NCBI RefSeq assembly: GCF_001644705.1
Contig: NZ_CP015137.1
Span: 4,470,001 to 4,502,000 of the forward strand
DNA: 32,000 nt
Direction of reading: 5' to 3'
Source of the DNA: Dickeya solani IPO 2222
GTDB taxonomy: Bacteria; Pseudomonadota; Gammaproteobacteria; Enterobacterales; Enterobacteriaceae
The notes under the pieces are model-generated. The model worked only from the letters and a program-made list of their open reading frames with translations, was not told where the DNA came from and searched no databases. The position numbers were made by a program, and so were the translations under genes. Positions 18,861 to 28,399 of this stretch are shown in pieces; the first letter of the stretch is position 1; every line of letters starts with the position of its first letter.

Positions 18861-19505
18861 GTGATTCAGCCTGTTCTGGACTTCTCCGGTTACATCAAAT
18901 TCTTTATCGGGTTGTTTGCGTTGATTAACCCGGTGGGCATTCTGCCTATCTTTATTAGCATGACCAATTATCAGGGCGCGGAAGGGCGGTCGAAGACCAA
19001 CCTGACGGCGAATGTCTCCGTGGTTATCATTCTTTGGGGGGCATTGTTTTTCGGCGACATGATTTTGCGGTTGTTCGGCATTTCTATTGATTCGTTTCGG
19101 ATTGCGGGCGGCATTCTGATTGTAACCATTGCCATGTCGATGATCAGCGGCAAGCTGGGTGAGGATAAACAGAATAAACAGGAGAAAACGGAAACCGCCA
19201 ATCGGGAAAGTATTGGCGTGGTGCCGCTGGCATTGCCGCTGATGGCGGGGCCGGGGGCAATCAGTTCCACCATTGTCTGGAGTTCCCGTTATCACGGCTG
19301 GCAGAATCTGCTGGGGTTGTCGGTGGCGATTGCCTTTTTTGCATTCTGCTGCTGGCTGCTGTTCAGAGCCGCTCCGGCGCTGGTGCGATTGCTGGGGCAG
19401 ACCGGCATTAACGTAGTGACGCGTATCATGGGGTTGCTGTTGATGTCGCTCGGCATCGAATTTATCGTTACGGGAATTCGCACCTTGTTTCCCGGTTTGC
19501 TATAG
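18861..19505 (+). CDS. ychE: MarC-family inner-membrane protein YchE
   Basis: ORF 18759..19505 trimmed to the in-frame GTG at 18861. (V)IQPVLDFSGYIKFFIGLFALINPVGILPIFISMT aligns residue for residue with the E. coli YchE N-terminus MIQTFFDFPVYFKFFIGLFALVNPVG, giving 214 aa. An upstream ATG at 18759 is discussed in the findings. Confidence 0.85.
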   Translation: MIQPVLDFSGYIKFFIGLFALINPVGILPIFISMTNYQGAEGRSKTNLTANVSVVIILWGALFFGDMILRLFGISIDSFRIAGGILIVTIAMSMISGKLGEDKQNKQEKTETANRESIGVVPLALPLMAGPGAISSTIVWSSRYHGWQNLLGLSVAIAFFAFCCWLLFRAAPALVRLLGQTGINVVTRIMGLLLMSLGIEFIVTGIRTLFPGLL

Positions 19506-20383
19506 CCGCAAGGGCTGCTAGTTTATTTTATTAATACTTTTTTCTTATGTTTATTCCCCGGCAATTATCGGGCCGGGGAAAGCATGTCGCCCACTGTTAT
19601 TTATCACTCATTTATCATTCCAGAAGGTATAGCTTATTTTCATTTTTTATCGCATGCCTTAGATAAGCTAATGCATATGGCGTAAAAGGCGGCAGGCATT
19701 ATGGCGAGGTGTGTACGCGTTTTCGCTGTTAATTTATTCACACGCAAAGGGCGTGGCGCCGGAATGGTGTTATTGTGTGTGGAAGTGTTTTATCGTGCGT
19801 TTTTCATCCTGATCTATTGTTAATCCTTTCATACTAAGAAGTTATTGGACAATCTGCTGCCTGATGAATCTTTACCGTTGTGACGCTCGTCGTGGATGTT
19901 TTTATATCCATTTACGCGCTTGAGCCATTTTGTGACTTTCCGAGATGGAAAAGAAATTTAAGTAACAGTCTGCAAAATCTATTGGCGAAGACGGATTCTT
20001 CTGATACGTTCGGCATCACGCTATTCCCCTTGGCTGTTATGGATAAGTTAATTTTATTAGAACCTTATCCGTGGCTGCTTTTTATGGGGGGCGTACCATC
20101 AGGGAAGAGTGGAAATGGCTGTGGGCTACCGGGTCTGGGAAAGGGCTGCGGTGGCTTTTGGGTTGCTGAAATGTGCTGTTTTTATCTCTGTTGATTTTTC
20201 CAACACGTTGGCGCGGTGCTATGACGTATCTGCCTGTGCTGCGTGGATAAAACAATTTAGATGTGATTGAGCGGCCATGTTGCCAGATTCGTTCCTCTGG
20301 TGGCGATGATGTCTGTCCGCTTAATACGTAAAAAGTTATGTGCCTGATTGGGTGATAACAGTAGAACAGGAGCAAGGTAAATA

Positions 20384-22027
20384 ATGGTAAACAACACAAT
20401 TAAAAAAAGACTGGCGGTCAGCATTTTCGCTGCTATCACTGCCTCTGCCGGCGTTTCCGCCTGGGCCGCCAAGGTGCCGGCCGGTGTTCAACTGGCTGAG
20501 AAACAGGAGCTGGTGCGTAACAACGGTTCCGAGGTTGCCTCGCTGGACCCGCATAAGATGGAAGGCGTGCCGGAATCCAACATTGCGCGCGACCTGCTGG
20601 AAGGGCTGTTGGTTACCTCTCCGGATGGCCATCCTGCGCCGGGCGTTGCGGAAAGCTGGGACAATAAAGATTTCAAAGTGTGGACCTTCCACCTGCGTAA
20701 AGACGCTAAATGGTCCAACGGCGATCCGGTCACCGCACAGGATTTCGTCTACAGCTGGCAGCGTGTTTCCAACCCGAAAACGGCATCGCCTTACGCCAGT
20801 TATCTGCAGTTCGGTCATATCGTTAACATCGATGACGTCGTCGCGGGCAAAAAATCACCTGACGAACTGGGTGTGAAAGCGATCGACGATCACACGCTGG
20901 AAGTGACGCTGAGCGAACCGGTGCCGTACTTCTATAAACTGCTGGTGCACCCGTCCACTTTCCCGGTGAACAAAAAAGCGGTTGAACAGTTTGGCGACAA
21001 ATGGACCCAGCCGGCTAACTGGGTGGGCAACGGCGCCTACAAACTGAAAGAGTGGGTGGTGAACGAAAAGATCGTTCTGGAACGCAACCCGAACTACTGG
21101 GATAACGCCAACACCATCATCAATAAAGTGACTTATCTGCCGATCTCCTCCGAAGTGACGGACGTGAACCGCTACCGCAGCGGCGAGATCGACATGACCT
21201 ATACCAACCTGCCGATCGAGCTGTTCCAGAAGCTGAAGAAAGAGATCCCCAATGAAGTGAAGGCGGATCCGTCTCTGTGCACCTACTACTATGAGATCAA
21301 CAACCAGAAAGCGCCGTTTACCGATGCCCGTGTGCGTCAGGCGCTGGTGATGGGGCTGGATCAGGACATTCTGGTTAACAAGGTGAAAGGTCAGGGCGAC
21401 ACCCCGGCGTTTGGTTTCACCCCGCCGTACATCGACGGTCTGGATGGCAAACTGACTCCGCCGGAGTGGGTGAGCTGGTCGCGTGAAAAACGTAATGCAG
21501 AAGCGAAGAAACTGCTGGCTGAAGCAGGCTTCACTGCTGAAAAACCGCTGACCTTTAACCTGCTGTATAATACGTCCGATCTGCACAAGAAATTGGCGAT
21601 CGCGGCGTCTTCCATTTGGAAAAGTAACATTGGCATTGATGCAAAACTGGAAAACCAGGAGTGGAAAACCTTCCTGGACAGCCGTCATCAGGGCACTTAT
21701 GACGTTGCCCGAGCTGGCTGGTGCGCGGACTACAACGAACCGACCACGTTCCTGAACATCATGATCGCCAACAGCAGCAGCAACACCTCGCACTACAAGA
21801 GCGAGGGTTTTGACAAGTTGATGGCGAAGGCACTGGCGGCCAAAACCGAAGATGAACGCGCCAGCGTCTACAGAGAAGCGGAAGCGCTGCTGGAGAAAGA
21901 TGCGGTTATCGTTCCGGTTTACTACTACGCGAATACCCGTCTGGTTAAACCGTATGTGGGCGGCCTGACCGGCAAAGATCCGTTGGATAACCTCAACGTT
22001 AAAAATCTTTATATTATCAAGCACTAA
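20384..22027 (+). CDS. oppA: Oligopeptide ABC transporter periplasmic binding protein
   Basis: The 547-aa product has a signal peptide (...GVSAWA|AKVPAG). LAEKQELVRNNGSEVASLDPHKMEGVPESNIARDLLEGLL is collinear with E. coli OppA. Confidence 0.97.
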   Translation: MVNNTIKKRLAVSIFAAITASAGVSAWAAKVPAGVQLAEKQELVRNNGSEVASLDPHKMEGVPESNIARDLLEGLLVTSPDGHPAPGVAESWDNKDFKVWTFHLRKDAKWSNGDPVTAQDFVYSWQRVSNPKTASPYASYLQFGHIVNIDDVVAGKKSPDELGVKAIDDHTLEVTLSEPVPYFYKLLVHPSTFPVNKKAVEQFGDKWTQPANWVGNGAYKLKEWVVNEKIVLERNPNYWDNANTIINKVTYLPISSEVTDVNRYRSGEIDMTYTNLPIELFQKLKKEIPNEVKADPSLCTYYYEINNQKAPFTDARVRQALVMGLDQDILVNKVKGQGDTPAFGFTPPYIDGLDGKLTPPEWVSWSREKRNAEAKKLLAEAGFTAEKPLTFNLLYNTSDLHKKLAIAASSIWKSNIGIDAKLENQEWKTFLDSRHQGTYDVARAGWCADYNEPTTFLNIMIANSSSNTSHYKSEGFDKLMAKALAAKTEDERASVYREAEALLEKDAVIVPVYYYANTRLVKPYVGGLTGKDPLDNLNVKNLYIIKH

Positions 22028-22035
22028 TGATATCC

Positions 22036-22059
22036 GGGCTGCGTGTCGTCACGCAGCCC
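22036..22059 (+). promoter_or_regulatory. Intercistronic stem-loop after oppA (partial terminator or mRNA stabiliser)
   Basis: A perfect 10-bp stem gggctgcgtg (22036-22045) / cacgcagccc (22050-22059) with a 4-nt loop, 8 nt after the oppA stop. No U run follows. Confidence 0.6.
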
Positions 22060-22115
22060 ACGTCAACTTGATAAACAGAAGAGAAAATCTCAGACCGGTT
22101 TTATAGGTAAGGTCA

Positions 22116-23036
22116 ATGTTAAAATTTATTTTCCGTCGTTGCCTGGAAGCAATCCCGACACTGTTCATCCTGATTACCATCTCGTTTTTCATGATGCGAC
22201 TGGCCCCGGGAAGTCCGTTTACTGGGGAACGCAACCTCCCCCCCGAAGTCATGGCGAATATCGAAGCCAAGTACCATCTGAACGATCCCATGATCAAACA
22301 GTACGGTAATTATCTGGTGCAGTTGCTGAAGGGCGACTTTGGGCCGTCTTTTAAGTACAAAGATTATTCGGTAAATGATCTGGTCGTCCGGGCTTTTCCG
22401 GTGTCGGCTAAATTGGGTGCCGCCGCTTTTCTGCTGGCCGTGGTGCTGGGGGTGACCTCCGGCGTGATTGCCGCATTGAATCAAAATAGTAAATGGGATT
22501 ACACAGTAATGGGTTTTGCCATGACCGGGGTGGTGATCCCGAGCTTTGTGGTAGCGCCACTTTTGGTGCTGATCTTTGCGATAACCCTGCGCTGGTTGCC
22601 TGGGGGCGGCTGGAACGGCGGTGCGCCGAAATATATTATTTTGCCGATGGTCGCGTTGTCCCTGTCTTATATCGCCAGCATCGCCCGTATTACCCGTGGC
22701 TCCATGATTGAAGTGCTGCATTCGAACTTTATCCGCACCGCGCGCGCCAAAGGGCTGCCGCTGTACCGGATTATTCTGCGCCACGCGCTGAAACCGGCGC
22801 TGCTGCCGGTGCTTTCCTACATGGGGCCGGCGTTCGTGGGGATCATCACTGGCTCCATGGTGATTGAAACCATTTTTGGTTTACCTGGTATTGGTCAGTT
22901 ATTTGTTAACGGTGCGCTTAACCGTGACTATTCGCTGGTGCTCAGCCTGACGGTTTTGGTGGGCGCGCTGACCATTCTGTTTAATGCGGTCATCGATGTG
23001 CTGTACGCGGTCATCGATCCGAAGATCCGTTACTAA
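22116..23036 (+). CDS. oppB: Oligopeptide ABC transporter permease
   Basis: The 306-aa product MLKFIFRRCLEAIPTLFILITISFFMMRLAPGSPFTGER has the same length as E. coli OppB and is nearly identical. Confidence 0.97.
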   Translation: MLKFIFRRCLEAIPTLFILITISFFMMRLAPGSPFTGERNLPPEVMANIEAKYHLNDPMIKQYGNYLVQLLKGDFGPSFKYKDYSVNDLVVRAFPVSAKLGAAAFLLAVVLGVTSGVIAALNQNSKWDYTVMGFAMTGVVIPSFVVAPLLVLIFAITLRWLPGGGWNGGAPKYIILPMVALSLSYIASIARITRGSMIEVLHSNFIRTARAKGLPLYRIILRHALKPALLPVLSYMGPAFVGIITGSMVIETIFGLPGIGQLFVNGALNRDYSLVLSLTVLVGALTILFNAVIDVLYAVIDPKIRY

Positions 23037-23048
23037 GGTAAATCACTG

Positions 23049-23957
23049 ATGTTTTGGAATAAACGTAACCGCGAAGCGCTGGATAACTTCAGCGAAAAAC
23101 TGGAAGTGGAAGGGCGCAGCCTATGGCAGGATGCGCGTCGTCGCTTCATGCACAACCGGGCGGCGCTAGCCAGCCTGTTCGTACTGACGCTCATCACGCT
23201 GTTTGTCGTCGTCGGCCCGATGGTGGCGCCGTTCAACTATGCCGATACCGACTGGAATATGATGTCCAGCGCGCCTGACATGGTGTCAAAACACTATTTA
23301 GGCACCGATTCGTCCGGCCGCGACCTGCTGGTACGTGTGGCGATCGGCGGACGTATTTCTCTGATGGTTGGCGTTGCCGCCGCGTTGGTGGCGGTGGTCG
23401 TGGGAACGCTGTACGGCGCCGCATCCGGCTATATCGGTGGGAAAGTGGACTCGGTCATGATGCGTCTGCTGGAGATCCTCAACTCCTTCCCGTTCATGTT
23501 TTTCGTTATCCTGCTGGTGACCCTGTTCGGGCAAAATATTCTGCTGATTTTTGTGGCGATCGGCATGGTGTCCTGGCTGGATATGGCGCGTATCGTTCGC
23601 GGCCAGACCCTGAGCCTGAAACGTAAAGAGTTCATTGAAGCCGCGCTGGTGTGCGGTGTCTCCACCCGCAACATCGTGCTGCGCCATGTCGTGCCGAATG
23701 TGCTGGGCGTGGTCGTGGTATACGCATCGCTGCTGGTGCCGAGCATGATCCTGTTCGAATCTTTTCTGAGTTTCCTTGGCCTGGGTACCCAGGAGCCGCT
23801 GAGCAGTTGGGGCGCGCTGCTGAACGATGGCGCCAATTCAATGGAAGTAGCGCCGTGGCTGCTGCTGTATCCCGCCGGTTTTCTGGTGGTGACCCTGTTT
23901 TGTTTCAACTTTATCGGCGATGGCCTGCGTGATGCCCTCGACCCGAAAGACCGCTAA
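23049..23957 (+). CDS. oppC: Oligopeptide ABC transporter permease
   Basis: The 302-aa product with [27 protein letters not shown]... is collinear with E. coli OppC. Confidence 0.97.
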   Translation: MFWNKRNREALDNFSEKLEVEGRSLWQDARRRFMHNRAALASLFVLTLITLFVVVGPMVAPFNYADTDWNMMSSAPDMVSKHYLGTDSSGRDLLVRVAIGGRISLMVGVAAALVAVVVGTLYGAASGYIGGKVDSVMMRLLEILNSFPFMFFVILLVTLFGQNILLIFVAIGMVSWLDMARIVRGQTLSLKRKEFIEAALVCGVSTRNIVLRHVVPNVLGVVVVYASLLVPSMILFESFLSFLGLGTQEPLSSWGALLNDGANSMEVAPWLLLYPAGFLVVTLFCFNFIGDGLRDALDPKDR

Positions 23958-23973
23958 GGAGACGCTTCAGACC

Positions 23974-24963
23974 ATGATGAATACGTCACAATCTCGTGAA
24001 GCTCTGCTTGACGTTAAAGATCTGCGCGTGACTTTCAGTACGCCTGACGGCGATGTCACGGCGGTAAACGACCTTAATTTCTCTCTCAGCGCCGGTGAGA
24101 CGCTGGGGATCGTCGGAGAATCCGGCTCTGGTAAATCCCAGACGGCGTTTGCGCTGATGGGGCTGCTGGCCGCTAACGGCCACATCGGCGGTTCCGCCCG
24201 TTTTAACGGTCGCGAAATTCTCAATCTGCCGGAGCGCGAGCTCAATCGCCTGCGAGCGGAAGAGATCGCCATGATTTTTCAGGACCCGATGACGTCGCTG
24301 AACCCGTATATGCGTGTCGGCGACCAGCTAATGGAAGTGCTGATGCAGCACAAGAAGCTCGGTAAAAGCGAAGCGTTTGATGAGTCGGTGCGCATGCTGG
24401 ACGCGGTGAAAATGCCGGAGGCCAGAAAACGTATGCGCATGTACCCGCACGAGTTTTCCGGCGGGATGCGTCAGCGTGTCATGATTGCGATGGCGCTGCT
24501 GTGCCGTCCTAAACTGCTGATCGCCGATGAACCGACCACCGCGCTCGACGTGACGGTGCAGGCGCAGATCATGACATTGCTTAACGACCTGAAGCGCGAG
24601 TTCAATACCGCCATTATCATGATTACCCACGATCTGGGCGTGGTGGCCGGTATTTGCGATAAGGTACTGGTAATGTACGCCGGTCGTACCATGGAGTACG
24701 GCAGCGCGCGCGAGATTTTCTACGAGCCGACGCATCCGTATTCCATCGGCTTGTTGAAAGCCGTCCCGCGCCTTGACGAAGAGAACGAAGCGCTGGCCAC
24801 CATTCCGGGAAATCCGCCCAACTTGTTACGCTTGCCGAAAGGGTGTCCTTTCCTGCCGCGTTGCCCCTATGCACAGGACCGATGCCAGCATGCGCCTGAA
24901 TTGACGCCGTTTGGCGAGGGCCGTCTGCGTGCCTGTTTCCGGAGTGTGGGGGAATTAGTATGA
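23974..24963 (+). CDS. oppD: Oligopeptide ABC transporter ATP-binding protein
   Basis: The track ORF starts inside oppC, so I trimmed it to the ATG at 23974, downstream of AAGGAG (23956-23961). It has Walker A GESGSGKS and the signature FSGGMRQR, and is collinear with E. coli OppD. The exact start is ambiguous between 23974 and 23977. Confidence 0.93.
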   Translation: MMNTSQSREALLDVKDLRVTFSTPDGDVTAVNDLNFSLSAGETLGIVGESGSGKSQTAFALMGLLAANGHIGGSARFNGREILNLPERELNRLRAEEIAMIFQDPMTSLNPYMRVGDQLMEVLMQHKKLGKSEAFDESVRMLDAVKMPEARKRMRMYPHEFSGGMRQRVMIAMALLCRPKLLIADEPTTALDVTVQAQIMTLLNDLKREFNTAIIMITHDLGVVAGICDKVLVMYAGRTMEYGSAREIFYEPTHPYSIGLLKAVPRLDEENEALATIPGNPPNLLRLPKGCPFLPRCPYAQDRCQHAPELTPFGEGRLRACFRSVGELV

Positions 24964-25964
24964 ATGAGCTGGAAAACAAAAAAGTATTGCTTGAAGTGGA
25001 TGAATTGAAAGTCCACTTTGATATCCGCGATGATAAACAGTGGTTCTGGCAGCCCGCCAAGAAGCTAAAAGCGGTCGATGGCGTTACCCTGCGGCTGTAC
25101 GAAGGGGAAACGCTGGGGGTGGTTGGCGAATCCGGTTGCGGCAAGTCCACGCTGGCCCGCGCGATCATCGGTCTGGTGAAGGCCACCAGCGGGCGCATTA
25201 GCTGGCTGGGTAAAGACCTGTTAGGAATGCGCGATGCCGAATGGCGCAATGTGCGCAGCGATATCCAGATGATTTTCCAGGACCCGCTGGCGTCGCTGAA
25301 CCCGCGCATGACCATCGGCGAGATTATCGCCGAGCCGCTGCGTACCTACCACCCGGATATGCCGCGTCAGGAAATGAAAGACCGCGTCAAAGCGATGATG
25401 ATGAAGGTGGGTCTGTTGCCGAACCTGATCAACCGCTACCCGCACGAGTTTTCCGGTGGTCAGTGCCAGCGCATCGGTATTGCCCGCGCGCTGATTCTGG
25501 AACCGAAACTGATCATTTGTGACGAACCGGTTTCCGCTCTGGACGTGTCGATTCAGGCGCAGGTGGTGAACCTGCTGCAACAGTTACAGCGGGAAATGGG
25601 GCTGTCGCTGATCTTTATCGCTCACGATTTGTCGGTGGTAAAACACATCTCCGACCGCGTGCTGGTGATGTATCTGGGCCATGCGGTAGAGCTGGGAACC
25701 TATGACGAGCTGTACCACAATCCGCAGCATCCTTATACCCGCGCCCTGATGTCGGCGGTGCCGATTCCCGATCCGGACAAGGAGCGCAATAAGCAGATTC
25801 AATTGCTGGAAGGCGACCTGCCGTCACCGATTAATCCGCCGACAGGCTGTGTGTTCTGCACCCGTTGCCCGGTTGTCGGGCCGGAATGTACCAAAACCCG
25901 ACCGGTGCTCGAAGGCAGCTTCCGTCATGCGGTGTCCTGCCTGAAGGTCGATCCGCTGTCGTAA
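24960..25964 (+). CDS. oppF: Oligopeptide ABC transporter ATP-binding protein
   Basis: The 334-aa product has an ATGA start/stop overlap with oppD. It has Walker A GESGCGKS and the signature FSGGQCQR, and is collinear with E. coli OppF. Confidence 0.97.
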   Translation: MNELENKKVLLEVDELKVHFDIRDDKQWFWQPAKKLKAVDGVTLRLYEGETLGVVGESGCGKSTLARAIIGLVKATSGRISWLGKDLLGMRDAEWRNVRSDIQMIFQDPLASLNPRMTIGEIIAEPLRTYHPDMPRQEMKDRVKAMMMKVGLLPNLINRYPHEFSGGQCQRIGIARALILEPKLIICDEPVSALDVSIQAQVVNLLQQLQREMGLSLIFIAHDLSVVKHISDRVLVMYLGHAVELGTYDELYHNPQHPYTRALMSAVPIPDPDKERNKQIQLLEGDLPSPINPPTGCVFCTRCPVVGPECTKTRPVLEGSFRHAVSCLKVDPLS

Positions 25965-26002
25965 TTCAGCGCAATTCGTTGAAGCAAAACTCGCTAATAA
26001 AC

Positions 26003-26030
26003 AAAACGCCCCGTCAGGGGCGTTTTGCTG
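26003..26030. terminator. Bidirectional rho-independent terminator between oppF (+) and yciU (-)
   Basis: Stem aaaacgcccc (26003-26012) / ggggcgtttt (26017-26026) with loop gtca. Both strands read a hairpin followed by T-rich sequence. Confidence 0.88.
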
Positions 26031-26071
26031 TTCGTCGCTGATGATAGCCGATTAGGCTACGATCGCGGCCG

Positions 26072-26407
<336 letters not shown>

Positions 26408-26449
26408 TTAAAACGTGATAAGGGTATTAGAGCATGAAGGGCGGTGTGA

Positions 26450-27910
26450 TTACAGCAGCGGACTAAAAAAGTAAAACAGTCGCTCGACAATGCGCTGCCA
26501 GTAGGGGCGTTTTAGCCATTCTTTGGCGTTCAGTAGCCGAGAACGGGACATGTAATCCTCCTGCACGCAGGCCAGATCGCTGCCAAACCCATCGTCGTCA
26601 ATCACCAGGGTGATTTCGAAGTTCAGCCACAGGCTGCGCATATCCAGATTGACCGTCCCCACCAGACTGAGCTGGCCGTCGACCAACACGCTTTTGGTGT
26701 GCAGCAACCCGCTTTCGAACTGATAGATTTTGACGCCCGCCGCCAATAATTCGGTGAAAAAGGCTTTGCAGGCCCAGCCAACCATCATGGAGTCGTTTTT
26801 GTACGGTACGATGACGCTGACGTCGACGCCGCGCTGTGCGGCGGTGCAGATGGCGTGTTGCAGGTCATCGCTGGGCACAAAATAGGGCGTGGTCATGATC
26901 AACTGATGGCGGGCAGAATAAACGGCGGTCAGCAACGCCTGATGGATCATATCCTCGGGGTAGCCGGGGCCGGAGGCGATAACTTGCACCGTATGGCCGC
27001 GTTCCTGCTCAAACGGCATGATATTCACGTCGGGCGGCGGCGGCGGCAGGCGCTGGCCGGTTTCCATTTCCCAGTCGAGGCTATAGATCACGCCCATGGT
27101 GGTAGTCACCGGGCCTTCGATGCGCACCATCAGGTCCACCCACTGGCCTACGCCGGCATCCTGCTTGAAATAACGCGGATCCACCATGTTCATGCTGCCG
27201 GTGTAGGCGATACGGTTATCAATCAGGATCACCTTACGGTGCTGGCGCAAATCCATTCTGCGCAGGAACGCGCGCAGCAGGTTGACCTGTAGCGCATCCA
27301 CCACAGTGATGTCGGCGGCGCGCATGATCTCCGGGTAGGTGCTGTGAAAGAACTGCACGCTGCCTGCCGAATCCAGCAGGATACGGCATTTGACCCCGCG
27401 ACGCGACGCCGCCAGCAGGGCGGTCATCACCTGATCCACCAATCCGCCGGCCTGCCAGATATAGAACACCATTTCGATGTTATTACGGGCCAGCTCAATG
27501 TCGCGGATCAACGTCCTGATGGTGTCGTCGAATGAGGTCAACAACTGCAACTGATTGCCCTTGATGCCGCCAATGCCCTGACGCCGTTCGCACAGTTGAA
27601 ACAACGAGCGCGCCACTTCGCTATTTTCAGTGGCGAAAATGCGGCGATATTCTTTCAGTTCACGGAGCCACTGCGCGGTAACCGGCCACATTTGCCGGGC
27701 GCGTTCCGCACGACGTTTCCCCAGATGCAGTTCGCCAAATAACAGATAAGCGACGATCCCAACCAATGGCAGAATATAAATCACCAACAGCCAGGCCATA
27801 GCGGAAGGAACCGCACGCCTTTTCATCAGAATACGCAGCGTAATGCTGGCAACGAGCAGCCAATAGCTGAAAACCAGTAATCCACTCAGTACAGTATAAA
27901 ATGCTGTCAT
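26450..27910 (-). CDS. clsA: Cardiolipin synthase A
   Basis: The 486-aa product has the same length as E. coli ClsA. It has two N-terminal TM helices and two HKD motifs ([23 protein letters not shown]). It sits 54 bp upstream of yciU on the same strand. Confidence 0.96.
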   Translation of the reverse strand: MTAFYTVLSGLLVFSYWLLVASITLRILMKRRAVPSAMAWLLVIYILPLVGIVAYLLFGELHLGKRRAERARQMWPVTAQWLRELKEYRRIFATENSEVARSLFQLCERRQGIGGIKGNQLQLLTSFDDTIRTLIRDIELARNNIEMVFYIWQAGGLVDQVMTALLAASRRGVKCRILLDSAGSVQFFHSTYPEIMRAADITVVDALQVNLLRAFLRRMDLRQHRKVILIDNRIAYTGSMNMVDPRYFKQDAGVGQWVDLMVRIEGPVTTTMGVIYSLDWEMETGQRLPPPPPDVNIMPFEQERGHTVQVIASGPGYPEDMIHQALLTAVYSARHQLIMTTPYFVPSDDLQHAICTAAQRGVDVSVIVPYKNDSMMVGWACKAFFTELLAAGVKIYQFESGLLHTKSVLVDGQLSLVGTVNLDMRSLWLNFEITLVIDDDGFGSDLACVQEDYMSRSRLLNAKEWLKRPYWQRIVERLFYFFSPLL

Positions 27911-28053
27911 AGTAACAATGCACGGTTCCCTGCTGCGAAATGTTCACTTGTTCAAGTGTATGCATAGTTCCCCAAAGGGGAAAGTCCTTTACTCTGAATA
28001 CTATAGCGCATGAAGAGCAAGCGTGCGGATTCGGGAAAATCCTGTCGTATTGC

Positions 28054-28081
28054 TTGGCGGAGAATATCAGAGGGATATAAT
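28054..28081 (+). promoter_or_regulatory. Candidate sigma70 promoter for the yciY transcript
   Basis: TTGGCG (28054-28059), a 16-nt spacer, then a perfect TATAAT (28076-28081). It is divergent from clsA. Confidence 0.4.
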
Positions 28082-28114
28082 ATTCAGGTCCACCATGCTT
28101 ATTGCTAAGCCGTG

Positions 28115-28160
28115 CCATGAAACAAGAGTTGTGTTATGAAACAAGAGTCGAGCCATGAAA
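28115..28160 (+). repeat. 19-bp tandem direct repeat (about 2.3 copies) spanning the yciY start
   Basis: The copies are ccATGAAACAAGAGTtgtg (28115-28133), ttATGAAACAAGAGTcgag (28134-28152) and the partial ccATGAAAC... (28153-). ATGs fall at 28117, 28136 and 28155, each spaced 19 nt apart. Confidence 0.85.
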
Positions 28161-28331
28161 CGCAGCCGGAATGAAGTTAGCCGTTGGCGTATGCAACGTC
28201 AGGTGCAGCGCCGTCGCAGTCGCTGGCTTGAGGCCCAGTCGCGCGGTTACCGGCATATCCACCACGCGCGTTACCTGAGCCAGAAACAGCAGCGTCGCGC
28301 GTTATTGTATGCGGTGGCTTACGAGTGGTAA
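28155..28331 (+). CDS. yciY: Small arginine-rich protein YciY
   Basis: Found by manual translation; at 58 aa it is shorter than any ORF in the track. MKRSRNEVSRWRMQRQVQRRRSRWLEAQSRGYRHIHHARYLSQKQQRRALLYAVAYEW matches my recollection of E. coli YciY (MKRSRTEVGRWRMQRQASRRKSRWLEGQSR...). It occupies the same position next to cls and is followed by a good terminator. Confidence 0.7.
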   Translation: MKRSRNEVSRWRMQRQVQRRRSRWLEAQSRGYRHIHHARYLSQKQQRRALLYAVAYEW

Positions 28332-28352
28332 CCACCAGGTAGTCCGCGCCAG

Positions 28353-28386
28353 GCCCAACGGTCGTTAGATCGTTGGGCTTTTTTGT
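28353..28386 (+). terminator. Rho-independent terminator of yciY
   Basis: Stem gcccaacg (28353-28360) / cgttgggc (28371-28378) followed by tttttt g tt (28379-28387). It lies between the convergent yciY and MCP genes. Confidence 0.8.
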
Positions 28387-28399
28387 TATCCAGAGAGGA

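Noticed and set aside
19701-19823. 40-aa hydrophobic small ORF MARCVRVFAVNLFTRKGRGAGMVLLCVEVFYRAFFILIYC in the oppA upstream region (type I toxin-like)
   Set aside because: It has only a marginal SD (GGCAGG 4 nt upstream). I could identify no antisense partner or flanking promoter/terminator pair, so nothing distinguishes it from chance.
19880-20194. 104-aa plus-strand ORF in the ychE-oppA spacer
   Set aside because: It has a GTG start without an SD and an odd Cys/Gly/Phe-rich composition. It overlaps the G-rich patch, shows no similarity to any protein I recognise, and is more likely non-coding leader or regulatory DNA.
20855-22024. 389-aa ORF on the minus strand
   Set aside because: It is antisense to oppA. 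The translation is Arg/Val/Phe-rich, lacks recognisable motifs, and is a shadow ORF.
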